A DNA stretch of 64,000 nucleotides from contig NIVC01003721.1 in NCBI GenBank assembly GCA_002269645.1, positions 1-64,000 on the forward strand. The letters are read 5' to 3'. Under the pieces are notes generated by a model. The model searched no databases, was not told the DNA's origin, and saw only the letters and a program-made list of their open reading frames with translations. A program made the translations under genes and the position numbers. Each line of letters begins with the position of its first letter. The stretch's first letter is position 1. Of this stretch, positions 63,401-64,000 are shown in pieces. Source of the stretch: Macrostomum lignano. Lineage: Eukaryota.

Positions 63401-63506
63401 TGCCAGTCTCCAAAGCCTCATCAGCGAGGAGCTGATGCTCAGGCATCCGTTCTATTCCGAGGGCTGCCCCTACGCTCTGCTGAAGAGGAGAGTGCGATTG
63501 GATTGA
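60425..63506 (+). CDS. NAT16: NAT16/histidine N-acetyltransferase-like GNAT, 367 aa. Exons: 60425-60607, 61208-61450, 61538-61549, 62319-62682, 63205-63506
   Basis: IYNSLDYVPQRY, FDGGRHMLLTGLRVHPLYQGRGIA (GNAT motif A), C-terminal SNLAVL and GLRADFDLYCNG; total 1104 nt with consistent phases; AATAAA at 63592. Family assignment is from recalled motifs. Confidence 0.78.
60808..61060. mobile_element. SINE family B-derived fold-back element in NAT16-like intron 1
   Basis: ~55-bp imperfect inverted arms (60808-60862 and 61003-61058) enclosing GGTTCGACTCC. Confidence 0.65.
61608..62252. repeat. 10-bp minisatellite ACTGTGAGAC
   Basis: Tandem copies. Confidence 0.97.
62760..63100. repeat. ~20-bp degenerate minisatellite AGGGGCGCCCACCAAGAGAC
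   Basis: Tandem variant copies in the last NAT16-like intron. Confidence 0.88.
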
Positions 63507-63624
63507 TGAGAGGAGGGTATCATGCACCTGATTGCACTGCTAATTGCACCGGATGCTTGCCTATGAGCTTACTGTGCTCAATGTACTGTCAAATAAAGTT
63601 AATAAATAACCTTTCAAATGCGAT

Positions 63625-63960
63625 GAGGCACAAAAAGACACGGTCAGGCACAGAAAGACACAGTGAGGCACAGGGAGACACGGTGAGGCACAGGGAGACA
63701 CGGTGAGGCACAGGGAGACACGGTGATGCACAGGGAGACACCGTGAGGCACAGAAAGACACAGTGAGGCACAGGGAGACACCGTGAGGCACAGGGAGACA
63801 CGGTGAGGCACAGGGAGACACCGTGAGGCACAGAAAGACACAGTGAGGCACAGGGAGACACGGTGAGGCACAGGGAGACACGGTGAGGCACAGGGAGACA
63901 CGGTGAGGCACAGAGAGACACAGTGAGGCACAGGGAGACACGGTGAGGCACAGGGAGACA
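63625..63960. repeat. 20-bp minisatellite CAGGGAGACACGGTGAGGCA
   Basis: Tandem copies. Confidence 0.95.
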
Positions 63961-64000
63961 GATTCTCTGGCATATTTGAAGTCTTAATGTGGCCCCTTAA

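Overview
Eukaryotic, intron-rich and very minisatellite-rich DNA. It is probably from a free-living flatworm such as Macrostomum; this is an inference from a flatworm-type orphan GPCR, GC-rich exons and dense tandem arrays. Eight protein-coding genes could be assembled by hand from splice sites: (1) a Cys-less (Pro-loop) pentameric ligand-gated ion channel (+, ~7590-12532, 5' end unresolved); (2) a secreted PLB1-like GDSL lipase (-, 14190-17492); (3) a 14-3-3 protein (+, 22802-24912); (4) a P2X receptor with a long C-terminal tail (+, 32727-42541); (5) a PROF1/Rho-L-like orphan rhodopsin GPCR (-, 44220-47008); (6, 7) two small secreted prohormone-like genes sharing a peptide I do not recognise, KR-QTDAW(S/N)GH (+, 53685-54088 and 57735-58025); (8) a NAT16/histidine N-acetyltransferase-like GNAT with a 12-nt microexon (+, 60425-63506). 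Mobile DNA includes a decayed mariner, a composite hAT element with an 8-bp TSD, a TIR MITE, two tRNA-derived SINE families and a candidate solo LTR, plus about 25 micro/minisatellite arrays. Three genes each seem to lack one base in a short homopolymer, which suggests long-read consensus errors. The most novel-looking item is the pair of peptide precursors. No CRISPR, rRNA or true tRNA genes were seen.
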